This document shows, one piece after another, positions 12,825 to 26,074 of a stretch of 64,000 nt of DNA. Numbering within the stretch: position 1 is the stretch's first letter; the number at the start of each line of letters is the position of its first letter. The translations under genes and the position numbers were made by a program. The notes beneath the pieces were generated by a model that saw only the letters and a list, made by a program, of their open reading frames with translations, searched no databases and was not told the origin of the DNA. Source of the DNA: Harriotta raleighana (taxonomy: Eukaryota); the NCBI GenBank assembly GCA_050575255.1, contig JBNZDD010013691.1, positions 6,137,982 to 6,201,981 of the forward strand. The letters are read 5' to 3'.

Positions 12825-13804
12825 TACTATCATTTTATGTTGGTTGAAACATTTACAACGTATCATTGGAAAAGGAATAGTCCAAGATTAGTCTATGAGC
12901 CTTAGTCACAATTTCCACTCAAAATCATAGTGATATAAAAGCCTTATTTTATTTTTGACATTATATTTCTTTAAAGTATCGGTTACATGCAATTCTGATA
13001 TAGGCAGTAATTAGCTATTTGTAGGAGGATGGAGGCATACCAGGAAAACAAACTTGGGCCGAGGGTTTTTAACAAAAATGGCTGAGTATGTTTTAGATAA
13101 GGAAGCTTCTTCCTTCTTTTACAAAGCTCCCCTCCTCTCTCCAGGAACCAGTTCTAAACTAGTGCTAATTCATTTGCAGGTTACTGATGCCAAATTAGCA
13201 ATTAGGACTGGAATTTCAAACAATCCCAATTGGAGTCCAGGCCTTATTAACTGAAGGATGCTATATTGGAGGTGCTGTATTGTTGTTGTTGCTACTAGTT
13301 TGAGGCACATTTTTTTGGGGGAAAATAGATACTCTTTTACCCAAAAGTGGAACGCATATAAGTTACAGGGTTAATCCTCCTGTCACACAGTCCTTTACTT
13401 GTTGAAAGAGAGTGCTTAAAGGTATATTAAAGTGAACTGAATCCATTCAGGCCCCTTATGGTGCCATTGAAATGGAGATGTTAAGGTTTTAAATGATCGC
13501 CAAAAAAAAGCTCAGGCGTCCAACAGACTGTCAAAAACATCTGACACTTTAAGTACTTTTATGTTCATATTTGTTCAGCAAACCTTCAAATGTTAGTCCC
13601 GTCCTCTCTTGAAGACACAGCCTCTGGCGAGGATGAGCTTGAACCATACCAACTTGGTATGTCGCCCAAGCAGCTGTTCGTATGTGTATCCAGTCGCATG
13701 TTGAGAGGCTATTTAATTTTTGGGGGGTTATTTGGGTGTCTGACACATGCCACACTTAATAAAAATAATCCTTGCATTTGATATCGGNAGACACCCATTA
13801 CCAC

Positions 13805-14215
13805 ACTTAATAAAAATAATCCTTGCATTTGATATCGGGCCTTATCGCATCACCAAGATGTTTCAAAGCGCTTCACAGAATATACTGTAAAGTGGATTCA
13901 CTATGTATTTTGCAAGTGAAATTCAACAGCCCAATTTGCACACAGCAATATATCAAAAACAGTCATGGAGTGAGTGATTAATTTTATTTGGGGTATTGTT
14001 GGAACAAATCACTGGTGGAAACTCGCTTTTCTTTTTGAATCATGCCATGGGATCTTTAAGGTGCACCTGAACAGGAAGACAAGAACTCAGTTTAATGTCT
14101 CATCTGAAAGATGGCACTTCCAACAATGCAACACATCCCAGCACTGCATTGGAGTATCATCTTAGACTATGTGATTCCAAGTCCCGATGTGTGGCTTCAA
14201 CGTACAACCTTCTAA
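13805..14215 (-). mobile_element. Deu-domain-type SINE
   Basis: Core gccatgggatctttaa..cacctgaacagg..cagtttaatgtctcatctgaaagatggcac, plus the shared L2-like tail. Confidence 0.75.
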
Positions 14216-14327
14216 GTTCCCAGCATGAAGATACTGCTCCAGATAAAATTGATCATTCACTTGATGGTTAATTATGGGACCTTGCTATATATCGGTTGGT
14301 ATGGTTACCTACAGATACAGTCCAGAC

Positions 14328-14800
14328 AAGTGGCTTCCAAACTTAGAATAGTGGTTCCCCCACCCTAACTCAGCAACATTTTTGTTGCACCCCCCCTCCT
14401 TCACACACGGCTCCACCCACTCGGGTCCTCGGCTTGGGGTGCTTTGGCCATCTTAGGCGGTGACTGAGATTAATCAAAGTTGCCTTACCGCTTCCCGTCC
14501 AGTAGAGGAGCAGTAGAGGATTATTTTGTTTCCTATTGGACGGGAACAGGACCAGTTAATGGTGGCTCCAGGGCGATTGACAGCCTGAAATCCCTAATGA
14601 ATTAGTGGGTACCCCACCCATTTATAAGAGGCTCTAGCTATCAATCAATACAATTTGACTCCTCCCAATCCCTCCCCCACCACCCCTTGTTTCTTTCTTG
14701 CTTTTCTGCTCTTTCACTGAATGAACAGCCCAGGGGAATGGTAATTTGTCTCCTCCCAACTTCATCCCAGGGCCGCATGTGGCTGAATGGAGCCACTTGA
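14328..14800. mobile_element. Possible hAT (Charlie-like) non-autonomous element; related start at 47845
   Basis: agtggcttccaaactt...ccctaactcag occurs at 14329 and 47846 and resembles hAT termini. The right end is unclear. Confidence 0.35.
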
Positions 14801-15029
14801 GTCACAGAGTGAGTACACTCAGCAGCGACCAGTGCGGTGTTTTTTCTGGAATCATCGGATTGTTGTTTGAATTATCCGCCATGTTTAAAAGAGGTGAAAA
14901 TACAAACAAATCAAATTGCTTTATTTACACTGTGTCCAAGGTTAACCAGTGTCCAGCTAAAGTGGTTTCCACTGTATATATTTTATATATACCTATAATA
15001 TATCTACGTACATATGTACATATATGCCA

Positions 15030-15190
15030 ATTCACAGCGTCTCTGAAGTTGAATTGCAGCAAAGATCTGAGCACCAGGAAGCATATTGGTGTTGATGTCA
15101 TTGGAACCTGCAGGATTTGCTATAATATTTATAAATCCTTTCGCATCTATCGCATGTTGATATTTTGTTACTGGTGCTTTTCTCTGAAGG
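15030..15190 (-). mobile_element. Probable Crypton tyrosine-recombinase fragment, copy 1
   Basis: KAPVTKYQHAIDAK...GAQIFAAIQLQRRCE resembles Crypton K..I...DL..LY......P.GL...VWF.I.L.F.RRG.E; homologous to 18496-18640. Confidence 0.4.
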
Positions 15191-15764
15191 AACATGTACA
15201 ACATAAAAAATTATTGGCAATAGCAATAGGCCCCATACGTGTTGGAGTTAATGCAAGAAAATATGGCTACTATGTGGTGGAATGAGCACTGCAGTGTTGC
15301 TCAGCCCAAACAGGCTACTAAGGTAGTTTGATCTTCAATATTACATTTATATATCTTAGCGTGTTTTTCACTAAATATGTCCACTAAAGTTGCAGAAGCC
15401 TCTATATGTCTTATCAGAAGACTGTGTGAAATCAGTTTGTGCATTGAAAGTTAGAGAATAAAATTCAGTATAAATGTGAACAGTGATTTGTCATTCAAAA
15501 CACATGGTTCATGTGTGGATGCACTACGTATGTTTCTTGGGAACATTTTAAAACATTTCACACTTGATAATATTTAATTCCATTAAATGGTCTCTTCTTA
15601 TTTAATATTTACACCCAAGTGTTTATGCATCATAAATTGCCTGAAATATATTGCAATTGTAATGGAACAGATGGTGCTTTGAAATATTAACCAGTGAATG
15701 AATTTAAATGTTGTTAGTTAAATGTGCCAGAAACACAAACCATTCATTTCCTAATTTCATATAG

Positions 15765-16291
15765 CTTTCCATCCTCCACAGGCTGCAGGTATTCCAGAAC
15801 TCTGTGGCCCATGTCCTCTATCATTACAAACTCCCTGACCCTATCTTTCCCATCATTAACCGATTCCATTGGCTCCCCATCATCCAGAGTATCCAATTCA
15901 AGATCCTGGTCCTCACATTTAAAGCCCTCCATAACGTCGCCCCATCCTACATCTGTGACCTCCTATCCCCTTACCTACCTCCCCGACCCTCCATTCAGCA
16001 GGCTCTGGCCTGCTCCACGTCCCCTGACCCACCCGCCCAACCATTGGCGGGCGATCCTTCAGTCACTTTGAAGGCTCTGGAACTCCATCCCTCAGTCACT
16101 CCGTCTCACCCCCTCCCAGGCCTCCTTCAAGTCTGGCCTCAAGACTCTCCACTTCGATGGACCCATTGGCAACTCCTCTCCCCTCCCCGCCGCTGAACCC
16201 CCCAGCTCGGGTCTGACACAGTATCTGTCCAGCGCCTTGGGACGTCCTCCTGACGTGAAAGGCGCTATACAAATGTAATTTTGTTGTTGTG
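15765..16291 (+). mobile_element. L2 LINE 3' fragment
   Basis: FHWLPIIQSIQFKILVLTFKALH motif; tail aaggcgctatacaaatgtaattttgttgttg. Confidence 0.9.
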
Positions 16292-16574
16292 TTTCATCGA
16301 TGATAACTTTTCATCTTTCTTCAACTACACTATTTTCAACCTGTTGATTTATTTTATTTCCTCACTGCAGTTTTGCTTATTTCCTGAATTGCACTGTTAA
16401 TATGGGAGGTGTTTTTGAAAATTGTAGATGATGGTCAGACTGCTGTTAATTAACAGAACCTGAACAGCAGCAACGTTGACCTAAAAACAGCCAGTGAGAT
16501 ACAATGTCCTCAATGAACATTTGTCAAAGTGTTACATGACCTTTCAAACTGGCGTTAAATAATTGATAAAGACT

Positions 16575-17915
16575 TTTCTACTTGGCAAAATACGCTTTCT
16601 GGGGTTAACTCCTGGCTCCCCTCCAACGACATCATTAACCTCCCGTTATCCATCGGCACTGTTCCCATCACCGTAAAAACAGCTGTAATCACTCCGTCCA
16701 GAAAAAATCTTCCCTGACCCATTGCTTCTCTCCAGTTACCACCCAGGGTATTCTCTGCCACCTTGTCCTCCTCAAACTCTCTACCACCTTCAACACTGTT
16801 GACCACTCTTAGCACAATCAACACAGACCTGCCCTTGCCTGGTGTGATTCATGCCTCTCCCACCATCGCCAGTAACGGCTTCTCTTCCATCCCCCACACT
16901 GTCACGTGGTGATCCCCAGGGCTCTGTCCTTGGTCCCCTACTTTTCAATAACCATATGCTCCCGCTTGGTGACATCATTCGCAGACATGGGGTCAACTTC
17001 CACATGTATGCGAATGACACCCAACTCTATCATTCTGCTTCTACCCGAAATTCCAGGACCATTGCTGTCCTGGCAGACTTCAAGAGCTAACTTTCTGCAG
17101 TTGAATGTCAACAAGAACCGAGGCTTGGGCAAGCAACTTCGCACCTCATGCACTGGCAGTATCAAACTCTATGGTCACACACTCCACCTCAGAAAGCCAA
17201 ATCAGGAAAGCTAGGTGTATTGTTCAATCCTCAACTGTCTTTCCTCCCTCACATTTATGCCTTGACCCACTCTGCCTTCCCTCACCTCCGCAACATTGCC
17301 AAACTCTGCCACTACTTCATCCCTCAGCCCATTGAAACCCTCATTCACGCCTTCATAACATCCCGATTTGACTACACCAATGCCCTGCTTTTCCAATTCC
17401 TCCCTTCACAGGTTGCAGATAATTCAGAACTCTGTAGCCCGTGTCCTCTACTGCTCCAAACTCCTCGACTTTATCTCCCCCAATCTCATCCGACTGCATT
17501 GACTTCCCATCGTTCAGAGCATTCAATTCAAGATCCTGTTCCTCACCTCTAAAGCCCTACATGGCCTAGCACCACTGTATCTCTGTTACCTCCAAATGCC
17601 CATGAACCTGTCCACTCCTTCCGCTCAGCGGGCACTGGCCTGCTCCATGCCCCCAGACCCACTCGTCCCATTATCTTGGCGAGCCTTCAGCCACTCTGCC
17701 CCAAACGTTTGGAATTCAATCCCACATTCCCTGCACCTTGCCCCTTCCCTGGATTGCTTCAAATCACACCCTAAGATCCTCCTCTTAGACCATGCCATCG
17801 TTTGCCCTCCTTCCCCTTGCTTCCCACTAACCTCCCAAGCTTGAGTCTTAAACACTGTGCAGTGCCTTGGAACATCCTCCGACTTGAAAGGCGCCAAACA
17901 TATGTATTTTGTTGT
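16575..17915 (+). mobile_element. L2 LINE with degenerate RT core
   Basis: [13 protein letters not shown]...[14 protein letters not shown] and HAFITSRFDYTNALL, ending in the L2 tail. Confidence 0.92.
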
Positions 17916-18049
17916 TTTATTGCTTGTTTGAGTTTCTTTATAAGACTGGTGTTTAAGTGTGTGTATTGAGTCTGACTTGTGAGATTTTCAAAAGGATTTA
18001 GGATTAGTAAATCATGTAGATAACTAGATGTACTACAAGCTAACTTACT

Positions 18050-18640
18050 GGAAATCCATTCAAAATCTGATGCTAATTCCTGGAATGAGGGGGATGAGTT
18101 AATTTGGATTTTATAGAAACCTATAAGATTATTAAAGGGTGCAACAAAGTAGATAGTGGGAGCTTGTTTTCCCTGGTTGGAGAATCTAAATCCTGGGGTC
18201 ACAGTCTTAAAGTTAGGGGTCAATCCTTTAACACTGAGTTGAGAAAAAACTTCTTCACTCAGAGGGTGTTGGTTGTATGGAATTATTTACCCCAAAGGGC
18301 TGTTGATGCTCAGTCCTTGAACATATTCAAGACTGAGTTAGATAGATTTCTCATTTATAAAGGGATTAAAGGGTATGGGGATAAGGCAGGTATTTGGAGT
18401 TAGAGTAGAATATCAGCCATGATTGAATGGCGGGGCAGGCTCGATGGGGGCGAATGGCCTAATCCTGCACCTATTTCTTATGTTCTTAATTCCCAACGTC
18501 TCTGAAGTTGAATTGTAGCAAATGGAAGATCATAACACCAGACAGGATATTGTTGTTGATTGTCATCGGAATCTGCAAGATTTGCTATAGAATTTATAAA
18601 TCCTTTTCATCTATTGCACGTTGATGCGGTATTACCCAGC
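18050..18640 (-). mobile_element. Probable Crypton fragment, copy 2, interrupted by a CR1
   Basis: 18496-18640 is homologous to 15030-15190. The reading appears to continue left of the CR1 as SFQELASD. Confidence 0.35.
18113..18488 (+). mobile_element. CR1 LINE 3' fragment
   Basis: IETYKIIKG...GHSLKVRGQSFNTELRKNFFTQRV; tail tttcttatgttctta. Confidence 0.9.
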
Positions 18641-19014
18641 CCACATGGGCTAGTGAGTCAGATTGATCTGCATTAGTAATGTACACATTTTATTTAGGAA
18701 GTCAACTGAGTAGAAATGTATTTGAAACATGTTTGCACAAAGATGTAGTTTTGGTGGATTCAGCTGCTATTAGCAAACAGAACAGCTTGCAGCACCGACA
18801 GGGCAGATTTGAAACAGAGGGTCGAGCAACCAATGACGTAGAAGTGATTCAGAGAGAAGAGCTGTCAGCTAAATGTTCACAGTTTGTTAAAGTTTATGGT
18901 GCTTAACTTGGCAATTTATAAATGGACGACTCATAAATAAGTGTTTTTCAAAACGTCCTCGATAATGTTAGTGAAATAATTCATCATAAAAACTTAGAAA
19001 TCAGATGTTCACTG

Positions 19015-19385
19015 AAGTCCCATAGCTCAGTTGTTAGAGAACTCGCCTTGCAAGTGAGAGACCTGGGTTCAATTTCCAGCAGGGCGAAACATTCAGCAAG
19101 TTTCCTTCTTCCACATGCCTCTGTTTACCCAGCAGTATTTACAGATGTTAGTAGATTGGCAGATCAATTTTCTGGCAGTAATAATTCCTTCCAAAAAATA
19201 ATAAATTAGTCACTCAATCAACAGCTGTTTGTGGAACATTGTTGTGCACAATTAACTACGATCTTTCACCTGCCAAGTATGCAGTCAATTCACTTTGCAG
19301 TGTATTCTGTTAAGTGTTTGCGGCATCTAGAAGTGATAAGAGGCTATATCAAATGCAAGGCTTATTGTTTCTATTATAATTATTA
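19015..19385 (+). mobile_element. tRNA-derived SINE (long subfamily)
   Basis: tagctcagttgttagag...ggttcaatttc head, atgcctctgtttacccagcag insert and L2-like tail. Confidence 0.8.
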
Positions 19386-20129
19386 GAAGGTTGTTATCTC
19401 TTGTTAGCTTTTTCTAAGAATTACATGCAGTTATGGTGATATTTCAACATTAGAATCATGCTATAAGACATCCCCTATAAGACAGATTTACTATAAAATA
19501 GTTGTCCTGTGGACCTTCTATTTGGTTTGAGGTCTAGTTTCAAGAGTGCTACTGGAAACAGGAAAATTTCATGAAGTTATTAGCTAGAGATGGAAAATGT
19601 GTCAGCTTTTGGGTGTAAATCAGCAATAAAACATGAAAAGGAATGATCTAATGGGGATAACTTTGCACTCGAGCAGTCAGGTCCAGGTTTGAATCCTATT
19701 TTGCTTGAGCTGATTATGGAAAAGGCAGATATTGAGATGTTACAATTGACTTCAAAGACCCTAGATTATGGAGAGGGAGGGAAAAATCATTAGACTTCCT
19801 GATAACCATCGTGCTGGAGTGGATGTTGTGGGGGATAGGATCAGATTTCACTGTGGTCATATTGCATAAAATATAAGAAAAATTATAGTACGGTATTCCA
19901 ATGATTTATTGGTGAAACTTATTTCATAGAAAAACCATAACAAAATTTATGCTAATTTTATTTGCTTTTACTGGCTGAACAGATGTTTGACTTTCCCAAA
20001 GGCAGACTTACATTGCTATGTTAAATTCCCCTTTAGAAAATGCAGAATGTCAATAATATCACAGAAAGATCAATTTCTTTTTGAGTTGGAAGTCAAATGT
20101 TTGACATTCTGAAAGATTATCCTTACAGA

Positions 20130-20480
20130 TAGAGATGTTTAAAAATATAAGGTGGAATGTCAAGATAAACATGGAATACGTTGTTTCCACAGGTTGGTGA
20201 TTCCATAACAAAACAGCACAAATATAAGATACAAACAGATTTAAGGAAGAATTTTTTTTTGCAGAGAGTGGTGAGAATATGGACCTCATTGCCAGAATTT
20301 ATGGTTCCATCAGAAATTATCAATGCATTTAAGAGGAACCTTCATGCATGTATGAAGGGAATAAAGATCTATAGTGGTAGACTAGGGAAGGGGGATTAGG
20401 ATGGATGGATAGATTCTCATGTGGAGTGTAAATATTGCCATAGGTCAGTTCTGCTAAAAAGCTTGTTTCAGTGTTGTAGA
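20130..20480 (+). mobile_element. Old CR1 3' fragment
   Basis: TDLRKNFFLQRVVRIWTSLP motif. Confidence 0.75.
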
Positions 20481-20730
20481 CTCCAATGTACTACATAATA
20501 AAATTTGGCCCTTTAGTCCCATGAACTCAGTCTTTTGCTTTTAAGTGATGTAAAATTAGCTCATTTTTCATTTGATAACTTAAGAAAATATGTGAGTGCT
20601 GTTAGCATCAAAACAGTAACAGTGTTGCACCGTTGTACAATATAGCATTGCACTGTTTGCTCATGATTGTATTGTAATCATTTCATAACCCATTGCTATT
20701 TGTGCTCCATCAAAACAATGTTTACAAAAG

Positions 20731-20870
20731 AGATCCTTGAGATTCACATAACTCAGTTTTCAGGCTATTAAATGCAAGATGGTGAGCTCATTTGAACATG
20801 ACTTATTGGTACAGAGCTGAGGATTTGGGACTTGAGTGATAGATTCACCAGTTGAATGATTAATGTTAAG
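20731..20870 (+). pseudogene. Degenerate candidate first MAM-domain exon
   Basis: ILEIHITQFSGY*MQDGELI*T*LIG resembles the MAM start C.FE....CGY.QD..D..W.R if the stops replaced Trp/Arg codons. Donor AAG/gtattc lies 184 nt upstream of a clear MAM exon. The 5' boundary is uncertain. Confidence 0.4.
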
Positions 20871-21054
20871 GTATTCTGTAGGCACTCTTAATAGTGTACA
20901 AGAGAGCCCCTGCTATCATCAGCTTTTGGAAACCAACGTGATAGAGAAATGTTGTGACATGTGTAAACACTGCATAAGATGCTCAAACATAATCCAGGAA
21001 CTAATGAGTGTTGTATTATTGAATAGTTACTTTGTGCTCTCTTCCCACGAAAAG

Positions 21055-21230
21055 ATCCTATGTGTACGTAGAAACCACAGGCCTGAAAGAAAATCGAAAG
21101 GCATATTTAGTATCTCCAGTGCTCCTTGGTACCCAACGTCCATGTTTCAGCTTTTATTTCCACATGCACAGCTCATTTCATGGCAGCATAATGGGACTTC
21201 TCGCTGTACATGTGATCTCTGCTACTGAAG
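21055..21230 (+). pseudogene. MAM-domain central exon (open)
   Basis: SYVYVETTGLKENRKAYLVSPVLLGTQRPCFSFYFHMHSSFHGSIMGLLAVHVISATE matches MAM G.Y.Y.E.S......A.L.SP......C.SF.YHM.G...G.L.V.V. Donor GAAG/gtaaga; the acceptor (cccacgaaaag) is weak. Confidence 0.85.
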
Positions 21231-21550
21231 GTAAGAAGAGCTAGGAAAATATCACCAGATTTACCCTGCTATTAGCCCTTTCAGAAATCCCAGGGGTTGA
21301 TATTTATCTGTGAGCTTTTACATCATGCCTTGGTTTTTTTAAGAAAATCATTTTTTTTCTTGATTTAGCACATTTCATGTCAACAGTGTCTCAAAGCACC
21401 AAATATTATATATTGCAAAGTTAGTGACTGTATTTTGTAGGCAAATGGGACAGCCAAATCGCGCATGGCAGGAAATCTCCCTTCTCCTTCGAATAGAGCC
21501 ATGGGATATCTCCCGTCCACCAGAACAAACGGGACCTTAGCGTAACATTT

Positions 21551-21870
21551 GGAGCTCCCATAACAACTGTAGAGCACTCGCCTTACAAGCATGAGACCTG
21601 TGTTTGAATTCAAGCAGATCAGGGCGAAATCTTGGGCAAGTTTCCTCACTCCACACGCCTAATAATAATCCATCCCAAAAAAACACATCAATAAAAATTG
21701 GTCATTTCAATCCACGACTGTTTGTGGAACACTGCTGTGCGCAATTGGCTGCCGCGTTTTGCCCACAAATATACAGTCAATTCACTTTACAGTATGTTCT
21801 GTGAAATGCTTTGTGATGTCGATAAGATGTGAAAAACGCTATATCCAAATGCAAGGATTATTATTATTAT
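21551..21870 (+). mobile_element. tRNA-derived SINE inserted in an older Deu-type SINE
   Basis: Near-identical to 39383-39711; TAACAT on both flanks. Confidence 0.9.
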
Positions 21871-21919
21871 AACATCTGATATGAAGAAAAATACTTGAAC
21901 AATCCTATGGGATAGGATT

Positions 21920-22280
21920 GGGGTCCTGCAGCTCTGGGGTTAGAGCATGACCCTCGCAAGTAATAGACCTGGGTTCAATTCCCAGTAAGGCGAAACATTG
22001 GGCAAATTTCCTAACACCACATGCCTCTATTTATCTAGCAGAAAGTAGGAACTCGGATCGCTTTTCGGGGGGAATAATTTATTTAAAAAGAAATAATAAC
22101 AATAATTTGATTGCTCCATCCAAGACGGTTTGTAGGACATTGCTGTGCATGATTGGCTGTCACGTTTCACCCACAATCGCCCACAATGAATTCAGTTTAC
22201 TGTATCTTCTGTGCAGCACTTTGAGACATCTCGAAGATGTGATAAGGGACTATATCAAATGCAAGGATTATTATTATAAA
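21920..22280 (+). mobile_element. tRNA-derived SINE (long subfamily)
   Basis: Head gttagagc...gggttcaattcc; tail aaatgcaaggattattattat. Confidence 0.8.
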
Positions 22281-23595
22281 TGCATTATTATAAATGCAGC
22301 ACTGCATTAGACTGTATCTTACACTGGGAGTATGAAGTCCCAACACGGGACTTGAACCACAACCTTCACAACCTACTACCACTGAGCTAATCTAACACAC
22401 TGGTTGTTGAACAGATTGTAAACAAAAATATGAGATCGTCTTTCATCTCTCAAGGAATTCATAGATAATTTATACTATGTTTGCTTCCCTGCAATGGGTG
22501 ATATTTAATTGCATGGTGTAGAATTTTCTCATGAATAAATGGAGTTCAATGAATATTAGTATCATAGAGGGTAGGTTAATGATTGTAATTGCTGGGGTGA
22601 AAATTCTCATGAAAGTGATCCTAGGAATATTTGTAGTCGATTTAATTTTTATTAACCAAAATTAAAGTGCTTATTTCGGTATTTACGGTCAATATTTTTC
22701 CTAAACTGGGCATTCAGGGATAGAAATTAAGTGTGTGTGATGTGCTAATTAACACAACTTGGCACTACCTGGATGCAGTGCTATGTTTTATATTGTAAAA
22801 ATGATTATATTATTAATCGCAGCATCACATGCCACATTTTTCACCCTCCACTGTTTGTTAAAATGTGAGAGTGGAGGGTTGGGAAGGTGCTATGTATTGT
22901 GTGTGCCCAACGTGGGGCACAAACAATGCATAGAACTCACGGAGATAGTGATGTGGAGAGGACCACAGGAATCTCACCAGCTGGAGAGTGAGGAATGGAA
23001 AGAGTGTTGAAAACCACCAACACAGCTAGCTACTAAAGTGGAGAAACAATGATAACTTGCATTTATATAGTATCCTTCATGCGGGTTAGTGTCTCAAAAC
23101 ATTTAACAGTGCTGTTTCCTGACAAAGAGCCAACGGGAGGCAGTTAAAGAGAAGAAACACACGCCAGAGGTACTGCAGGCCTGAATATCTTGCAGAAGAG
23201 AGGTCCAAGGGTTGGAACTTTGCTATTTCATAAAAAGGATTTGCTGTTAATCCAGGTAAGAAAAGCTTGGAGCAGGCATTAAAGACATTTCCCACTGAGA
23301 GTTGTTTACTATTTGTTGTCAATTAAAATTGGTAATTAAAATTCTTGCAAAGTTCTTGGTTGATTTCATAAGTAATGTAGGATTAGGAGTAGACAATCAG
23401 TCTGTTGAGTCTCCTGTACTATTTTATTTGTCCACAGAGTGGCATTTGAGAAAGAGCATTGAGACTTCTTCTTGACATGAAAGGGGCAATATTAAATGCA
23501 AGGATCATTATTATTTTTCTATTGCAGTTAAATCCAATCTATGATTCATGCACTTTCTTTATGAAACGAAAACCTTGGAGCAGGAATTGGGTGGT

Positions 23596-24055
23596 TGAAT
23601 CGAATTCAAGAGGATCGAATTCAAGATATTCATCCTCATATTCAAGACCACTCACGGCCTTGCCCCCGCCTATCTCTCTGACCTGCTATCTTCCTATCAG
23701 CCTGCCCGCACCCTCCATTCAGCAGACTCAGGCCTGCTCCGTGTCCACCGCCCTAACCGCCCAACCATTGGTGGCCGGGCTTTCAGCCTCTCTGCCCCTA
23801 TACTTTGGAACTCCATCCCACAGTCCTTCCGCCTTGCTTCCACCCTTTCCTCCTTCAAGGCCGGTCTCAAGACCTTCCTCTTCGACCGCGCCTTTGGCTC
23901 CCCCACTGACTCTTCCCCTCTCCCACCCTCTTTCCCCCTCCCCCTATCCCCGACCCTCCCCCGCTGCTCGGGTCCTGATCTGACTGTTCAGCGCTTTGGG
24001 ACGTCCCCCCGACGTGAAAGGCGCTATACAAATGTAATTTTGTTGTTGTTGTTGT
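23596..24055 (+). mobile_element. Young L2 LINE 3' fragment
   Basis: CpG-retaining copy; tail cgacgtgaaaggcgctatacaaatgtaattttgttgttgttgttg. Confidence 0.9.
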
Positions 24056-26074
24056 GGCAGACAGGCTAGATTGGCAGAATCGTATGCAGTGTGAAGTGAC
24101 CACCTCGACAAGTGGAGGCAATACATTTGCATGTCATGACTGTGGCATCCTTTGCCCCTCCAACCTTCAATGTGAAGGTTGGATCCCAAGCTATTATGTA
24201 AATAGAAATGGAATCCTTCAGCAGAGTATGGCTCATGTTATAGAATGCCAGCTTAACTCAACAAAAGTTTTTTAACAATAATTTTATAATTATATTGTGT
24301 CTTTTAAGTTGAGAGAACTTCTCAAAAAGTGTCCCCAAACCAATGTTTCCTTGACAAAGTGTCACTTTGGTGCCAAGCCAGTTGTGTTCAGTACCTTGGG
24401 ACATCCTCCTGATATGAAAGGCATTATGTAAATGTACATTAAATGTACTTGACTGAATTATCAAAAACATGCTAATTAACACATCACAGGTCAGAATATT
24501 CACCCCTATTATTAAAAATAAAAAAGATAAAAGGCCAGTTGGTACATTTTTTATTGCTTGGACATGGTAGTTACCAAACAATTCCAAAAGCTAATGTGCA
24601 AATATGTCAACCAGACTCAGAAAATCTTTCTAATGAGAGAATGCATCTCATCAATTCAGAACGCAGTGCAGCAGCAGCGTGGAAAGATTGCAGGCTGCAC
24701 TTTAGCTGATTAAAAGTAGAGTGGTAATGAAGCAGAGCATTCAAGCATAAAGTAAATATCTCACATAAGTCCTCTTATAATCATTACGATGCAATAACAA
24801 GCAGCATTGCATCATGCCAGCACCAGTTCTACATTCTGGTGTTTGAAAGAAATGTTGTCATAAAATGTTCACCATTAATGCAATTCTTTCTCCAATTGCC
24901 CCCAGAATCCTACCTTGAAGTCCCATGGGGCTGTTATTTCTATCTTTGCTTTATTCCAGCCTTCACCGTTATTTCCATACTCCTGCCAGATTGGTAACCT
25001 AAGATGAGAGTCCAATTCATTGCTGGAGAGTGGCTTATTGTCAGATGAGACATTAAACTGTGGTCCCGTCTGCCTGATCAAGTGGGTGTTAAGGATCCAG
25101 AGGCACTATTCAAAAGATAGGGAGTTTCTTCCAATGTCCTGGCCAACAATCCCACGAAATAAAATTGGTCATTCACTTTATACTTTTTGTGGCACATTGC
25201 TAATATACTACAGTGAAGATCTGGGGCTATGCTCTCAACATCAAAGGCTTCTGTGCCAAATACAAGGATTAAAAATTTATGAATAATAGTTATAACAATA
25301 TTGAATTTGGTGCAAAATAGCCATGGATTAAAATGACCAATTTTATCTGAGGGATTGTTGGTCAGGGCACCAAAACCTTGTTTCAACATTTCATTGAAGG
25401 ACAGCACCTCAGAAAATACAGCTCTTTCCTTGTTCCTGTATTGGAGTGCCACTTTGATAGTATTAGTAAACAGAGTTACTGTTTTTGCAATTATTGCTAA
25501 CTATCCTTTCCTTGGATGGCATGAAATGCTTTGAATATATAATTTGTAGTTAGGTGCAACTGCCAAATTAAACACAGTGCTATCCTACAAACAGCCATGG
25601 AGCCAGTGATCACTTTACTAAAGGAATTGTTGGCCAAGTCACCAATACTATTCGATTTCAGTACTGACGTGAATGACACTGTATAAATGTATATTTATTG
25701 TCATGGGCTCTTTGATGTCCATCTTAAAGGTAGATGAGACATTGATTTATGCCCTGAATTCACTTTGACCGCCCTCAGACTTGATTTGAACACTGGTTTG
25801 AAATACAGGAATAAAAGTTGGGCTCGGTTATTTTCCCTGTGCATTTCTTCATTTGAACATTTTTTGATATGATGAGTATTATTTTACATAATCATATAGT
25901 TTACAGTACTGCCTCAGATTACAGTATTTGGATATAATAGAATTGAGGTAAGAAGTGTGAAATGTATTAAAATGTGAGTAAGATACTAAAATTATCTTTC
26001 AGTTCTAAGTATCATAGTCTAATTTTAATACAGATTCTATTCTTGCCTATGTTCTTGCCTATCTTTCCATTCAC

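Noticed and set aside
13750-13837. Direct duplication around the n at 13788
   Set aside because: Single-N contig join artefact.
25907-25947. Small AG/GT-bounded segment (VLPQITVFGYNRIE) with phases 1-0 that would fit between the two intact MAM exons
   Set aside because: Too short and lacks MAM motifs; 29435-29534 fits the domain better.
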